Positions 58,690 through 64,000 of a stretch of 64,000 bases of DNA are shown here, piece after piece. This DNA comes from Amoebophrya sp. A120. Lineage: Eukaryota; Protista; Dinoflagellata. The notes under the pieces are model-generated. The model was given only the letters and a program-made list of their open reading frames with translations. It did no database searches and had not been told where the DNA came from. Numbering within the stretch: position 1 is the first letter of the stretch; the number at the start of each line of letters is the position of its first letter. The DNA lies in the NCBI GenBank assembly GCA_905178155.1, contig CAJINV010000009.1, positions 3,785,556-3,849,555 on the forward strand, read 5' to 3'. The position numbers and the translations under genes are program-made.

Positions 58690-61225
58690 GCGGGGCGTCG
58701 CTCCCTCGCATGAAAGCAAGGGCCGAGGCACGAAGCCGGGAGGGCGATAGCCGGAGAAGCAAGAAACAGAGCGGGGCAGGGCTGGCCAGCTGGACGGCTT
58801 TGCGGCCTTGAGTTTTCGGAAGAGCCGCCCAAACTTGAAAAACTCCCGCCAGCTTTTTCACGCTTCCCCGCTCTCGCATTGATTTCGGCCAGCGTGTGGC
58901 TTCGGGTTCGTTCCGTGCGATGGCCGGGGGAGCAAGGTAGGAAAAGAGCGGGGCAAGGGTGGGGCTGGCCAGCTTGGTGGCTTTTTGGCCTTGGGTTCGT
59001 TTTCGGAAAAGCCGGCCAAACTTGAAAAGATTTCTCAAGTTTGTCCAAGCTCCCCCGCTTTCGCGGTGCCTGTTGCCAAAATGTGGCCGCGGGGCTTCGC
59101 GCGATAGCCGGAGAAGCAAGGAACAGAGCGGGGCAAGGCTGGCCAGCTGGGCGGCTTTGCGGCCCTAGCTTTTCGGAAAAGCTGGCCAAACTCGAAAAAA
59201 CTTCCAAGCTTTTCCAAGGCTCCCCGAGTTCACAGCACCGCCCTACGGCCAAAGTGCGGCCCCGGAGCTTCGCGCGATAGCCGGAGAAGCAAGGAACAGA
59301 GCGGGGCAAGGCTGGCCAGCTAGGCGGCTTTGCGGCCTTGGGTTTTCGGAGAAGCTGGCTCGGTGGCCCAACTTGCAAAGCCGTTCCAAAGTTTTTCAAG
59401 ATTCCCGCCCTTGTATTACCTTCCTCCAGCCGCGCCAGGGCTGGCCGCGGGACTTCACGCGATAGGCGGAGAAGCAAGGGACAGAGCGGGGCAAGGCTGG
59501 CCAGCTGGACGGCTTTGCGGCTTTGGGTTTTCGCAAAAGCTTGCCAAAAGCCGAACAGCTTCAGGCCTTTTGCAAGATTCCCCGCTTTCGCATTACCTTC
59601 CTTCTACAGCAAAAACGTGGCCGCGGGCGGGGCTTCGCGCCCGCGATAGCCGGAGAAGCAAGGAACAGGGGGAGTGGGGCAAGTTGGCAAGGGTGGCCAG
59701 CTTGACGGCTTTGCGGCCTGGGCTTTTCGGAAGAGCTGGCCTGCCAAAGTTCCTAAAACTTCGCGCGTTTTTTGCTTTTCGGGATCATTTCCCACGGTCG
59801 CACTACGTACGGCCAAGATGTGGCCGCGGGGCTTCGCGCGATAGCCGGAGAAGCAAGGAACAGAGCGGGGTAAGGCATGGCGGCTTTGTGGTGTGGGTTT
59901 TCGGAAAAGCTGGCCAAACTTGACAAATTTTGCAAGCGCTGCCAAGGTTTCCAGCATTCGCACCACCCCCGGCCACAGTGTGGCCCCGGGCCTTCGCGCG
60001 ATAGCCGGAGAAGCAAGGAGCAGCCAGAGCGGGGAAAGGCTGGCCAGCTTGGCGGCTTTGATTGCGGCCTTCATTTTTCGGAAAAGCTGGCCAAACTTTA
60101 AGGCTTTTTGCAAATTTTTCCAAGATTCCCCGCTTTCGCATTGCCTACGGCCAAAAACGTGGCCGCGGGGCTTCGGGCGATAGCCGGGGAAGCAAGGAAT
60201 AGGGCGGGGCAAGGCTTGCTGGGGGGGCAGCTTGGTGGCTTTTTGGCCTTGGGCTGAATTTCGGAAAAGCTGGCCAAACTTGAGCTCAAGCCTTTTGCTT
60301 TTCAGGATGCATAGACTTCGCGCGGCCCCATTGCGAACGTACGGCCAAGCTGTGGCCTCGGGGCTTTGCGCGATAGCCGGAGAAGCAAGGAAAAGGGCGG
60401 GGCAAGGCTGGCCAGCTTGACGGCTTTGCGGCCCTGGGTTTTCGGAAAAGCTGGCCAAACTTGGCAAAGCTTTCCAAGGTTTTTCAAGCTTTCCCGCTTT
60501 CGCATTACCTCCGGCCAAAATGTGGCCGCGGGGCTTCGCGCGACCGATAGCCGGAGAAGCAAGGAACAGAGCGCGGCTAGGCTGGCCAGCCGGCTGGGCG
60601 GCTCTGCGGCCTTGAGTTTCCGGAAAAGCTGGCCAAGCTTGAAAAAATTTCTTTGCTCAAGTTTGTCCAAGATCCCCCGCGCTCGCATTACCTACGGCCA
60701 AAATGTGGCCTGGGGGTTTCGCGCGATAGCCGGGGAAGCAAGGAACTGCGCGGGCCAAGGCTGGCCAGCTGGACGGCTTTGAGTTTCCGGAAAGGCAGGC
60801 CAAACTTCAGAAAAGTTAAAGCCCCCAAGCCATTCCGCGACCTCCTGTCTTCGCTTTACCTACGGCCAGCATGTGGCCGCGGGGCTTCGCGTGATACATA
60901 GCCGGAGAAGGAAGGAACAGAGCGCGGCAAAGTTGGCCGGCTGGACGGCTTTGCAGCATTGGTGTCTCGGAAAAACTGGCCAAGCTTGCGAACGTTTCCC
61001 ATGCTTTAGCGAGCCCCCCCGCTTATTTTCGCACTACCTGCGGCCAGCTCGGGGCCTCGCGCGGTAGCCGCAGAAGCAAGGAAAAAGGCGGGGCAAGGCT
61101 GGCCAGCTGGGCGGCTTTGTGGCCTTGGGTTTTCGGAAAAGGCGGACAAACTTGCAAAAATTTTCCAAGCTTTTTCAAGATGTCCCGCGCTCGCTCGCAT
61201 TGCCTACGGCCAGAACGTGGCCCCG
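58690..61225. repeat. GC-rich tandem satellite, ~180-bp unit, block 1 (~14 units)
   Basis: Core CGCGATAGCCGGAGAAGCAAGGAACAGAGCGGGGCAAGGCTGGCCAGCT..GGTTTTCGGAAAAGCTGGCCAAACTT recurs every ~160-195 bp. Confidence 0.92.
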
Positions 61226-62189
61226 GAACTTGAAGCCCCTACAGAAAAAGCTTTGCAGGGTTTGGCCCCTAGTGGAAAAATTTCAAAAAATCCGAGTTGC
61301 CCAGAATCAAAGAACTCGGAAAAAACAACAAAAAAGCACTGCTTTTTTTTGGATTCGGGCGGCCGTCGGGTCTGTCTGCTAGCTTCACGTCCCGAATCTC
61401 TGCCGGGGCGCAGGCTTCTGTGTTTCGGTGGGGTTTCCTGGGGCTCTTCTTGGTCGTTCCGCCTCCTTCTTCTCCGGCGTCGCGTCTCAGTGTGGCCCGG
61501 CTTCCGGGATTGTGGTTGTTCAGGAAATCGGGCCGCCGGTTTGTCCGGGTTTCTTCGCTTTCACAGTTTTTGTGAAGTTTCGCCGGGAAGAAATGCCCGA
61601 AAAAAATTGCAGACCTCGCTGGCCTGCATCAAGTGGGCAACAGAAAAAATTGGAAAAAAATTTCGGAAATCGGGCAAATAGGGAAAACCAATGGGATTTT
61701 CCCTATGTGGCCGAATTTTCGAAATTTCTTCGGCCCTCATTCTATGCCCCCCGGGCCCCAATCGAAGGCTTTTTTGTGGGCCGTTGAGTTTTTTTTTTTA
61801 ATTGCCGTTTTGAAGTTTTTTCTTTTAAATTTCCCGGGCGGGGTTTTTGTTGGCTCTTGGCGGGGGGAAATGCGTCGCCGTGGTCAGTCTGAAGCTGTCG
61901 CGTATGTTCCGCCATGTCGGGCTTTTTCATGTTTCCATGAGTCTTGTCGCATTGGGTTGGCATGCAAATCGTCGCTCTTGGTCGGACACAGGATCCCCGG
62001 GGCTGTCTTGCTGGTCTTGTGGGGCCACCGCCCTTCTTCTCGCCCCACGGGAATGGGATTCGCTTACGTCTGACGGGCAGCTTGGTTCGTTCTCTGCTTT
62101 CGGCCGATCCGGCCCGGGGAGCGAAGTTGGCAAATTTGGAAAAAGCGCTGCACCTTTTTCGCCCAAAGCCAAAGCTTTAGGGGCAAAAT

Positions 62190-64000
62190 CCGGCAAGGGC
62201 TTCGCGCGATAGCCGGAGAAGCAAGGGGCAGGGAGAGTGGGGCAAGGTTGGCCAACAAGCTGGACGGCTTTGCGGCCTTGGGTTTTCGGAGAATAAAGCT
62301 GGCCAAACTTGAGGGAATTTCTCAAGGTTCTTCAAGATTTTCCGCCGGCCCTCGCATTACCTACGGCCAAGGTGAGGCCTCGGGGCTTCGCGCGATAGCC
62401 GGAGAAGCAGGGGAAAGATACGAGCGGGGCAAGGCTGGCCAGCTGGAAGGCTTTGCGGCCTTGAGTGTTCGGAAACAAAAGCGGGCCAAACTTGAAAAAA
62501 TTCCTGAAATCGCTTCAAGGCTTCCCGCCTTCGCATTGCCAGCGGCCAAAACGTGGCCGCGGGGCTTTGCGCGATAGCCGGAGACGCAAAGAACAGAGCG
62601 GGGCAAGGTTGGCCAGCTGGGCAGCTTTGTGGCCTTGGGTTTTCGGAAAAGCTCGCCAGGCTTGAAAGAGTTTTCCAACTTTTGCAAGATTCCGCGCCTG
62701 CCTTCGCATTGGATTGCGTGCGGCCAAGTCGGGGCCTCGCGGGCGCGATAGCCGGCGAAGCAATGAACAGAGAAGCGCAAGGCTGGCCAGCTGGACGGCT
62801 TTGCGGCCTTGGGTCTTCGGAAAGGCTGGCCAAACCTGAAAGAGATGGGCGCCCCAAGTTTTTTCAAGACTCCCAGGACAGATTCCCATTATCTACCTAC
62901 GGCCAACATGTGGCCGCGGGGTTTTGCGCGATTGATAACCGGCGAACGAAGCAAGGAGCAGCGCGGAGTGAGGCTGGCCAGCAAGCCGGACGGCTTTGCG
63001 GCCAAACTTGGCAAAATTTCTCGCGTTTTTTCCGGATTGATTTCCCGCCGGCCCTCGCATTACCTACGGGCACGGCCAGAGTGTGAGTGGCCCCGGGGCT
63101 TCGCGAGATGGCCGGGGAAGCAAGGAGCAGAGCGGTGCAGGGCTGGCCAGCTTGCGGCCCTTGCGGCCTTGGGTTAGTTTTCGGAGAAGCTTGGCAAACC
63201 TGAAAAGGACTCCCAAGCTTTTTCGAGGCCTCCCGCGGTCGCATTACCTACGTAGGGCCAAAATGCGGCCGCGGGGCTTCGCGCGATAGCCGGAGAAGCA
63301 AGGAACAGAGCGGGGCCGGCAAGGCTGGCCAGCTCCTAAGCGGCTCGCTCCGCGGCTGGCTTCGGGCTTTCGGAAAAGCTGGCCAAACTTGAAAAAAGCT
63401 GTAAGCTTTTCCAAGCTTTCCCGCTTTCGCATTACCTGCGGCCAAAACGTGGCCACGGGCGGGGCGTCGCCCGATCGCCGGAGATGCAAGGGACAGAGCG
63501 GGGCAAGGCTGGCCAACTGGACGGCTTTGCGGTGTTGGGTTTTCGGGAAAGTTGACAAAGCTCGGAAACATTTTTCAAGTTTCTTCAGGAGTCCCCGTTT
63601 TCGCATTACGCACGACCAACGTGCGGCCTCGGGGCTTCGCGCGATAGCCGGAGAAGCAAGGGACGGAGCGCAGCAATGCTCGCCAGTTCGACGGCTTTGG
63701 GGCCTTGGGTTTTCGGGAAAGCTGGCCGCTTCAAGATTTCCCGCGGTCGGATTACCTTCCTACGGCCAACATGTGGCCGCGGGGCTTCGCACGATACCCG
63801 GAGAAGCAAGGAACAGAGCGGGGCAAGGCAGGCCAGCGGGACGGCTTTGCGGCCTTGAGTTTTCGGAAAAGTTTTCCAAACTTAAACCCCGCCAAGTTTT
63901 TTCAAGCTTTCCCGCGTTCGTATTGCCTACGGCCTCGGTGCGCCGCACAATAGCCGGGGAAGCACGGGGCAGAGCGGGGCAAGGCCGGCCAGCGAGCTGG
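62190..64000. repeat. Same satellite, block 2 (~11 units, runs off the window)
   Basis: Same unit and orientation after a ~1-kb non-repetitive spacer. Confidence 0.92.

Noticed and set aside
58374-63953. Many overlapping ORFs up to 367 aa
   Set aside because: They arise from a stop-poor GC-rich satellite and are open in several frames with no domain signature.
1-64000. Treating the interrupted genes as pseudogenes or frameshift errors
   Set aside because: Exons stay stop-free and conserved, and one rule repairs all 38 junctions, including in housekeeping genes.

Overview
Eukaryotic genomic DNA, most likely from the parasitic marine alveolate Amoebophrya (Syndiniales). This assignment is inferred from the intron architecture, not from a database search. 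About ten protein-coding genes all lie on the + strand. Four are recognisable: TIM44, an FH2 formin, AP-2 alpha-adaptin and a stand-alone SCP2. The dominant signal is an invasion of coding exons by MITE-like introner elements. I traced 38 complete copies and one open-ended copy, all built as [5-nt repeat]-TA..terminal inverted repeats..TA-[5-nt repeat]. In every complete copy, removing the element plus 5 nt restores the reading frame, although GT-AG ends are absent. Copies sit in either orientation, and families with different TIRs share an internal GCAT(G/C/T)ACAA motif. Eleven GT-AG introns coexist with them. There is also a second layer of nested insertions. A 2.5-kb insert with a perfect 22-bp target-site duplication sits inside one introner. 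A >5.5-kb GC-rich element carrying a ~180-bp satellite interrupts the next introner at the same motif. A 1.65-kb long-form introner and a 2.9-kb TIR element in TIM44 intron 1 are also present. I found no transposase, tRNA, rRNA or CRISPR array. Coordinates were counted by hand and may be off by a base or two.
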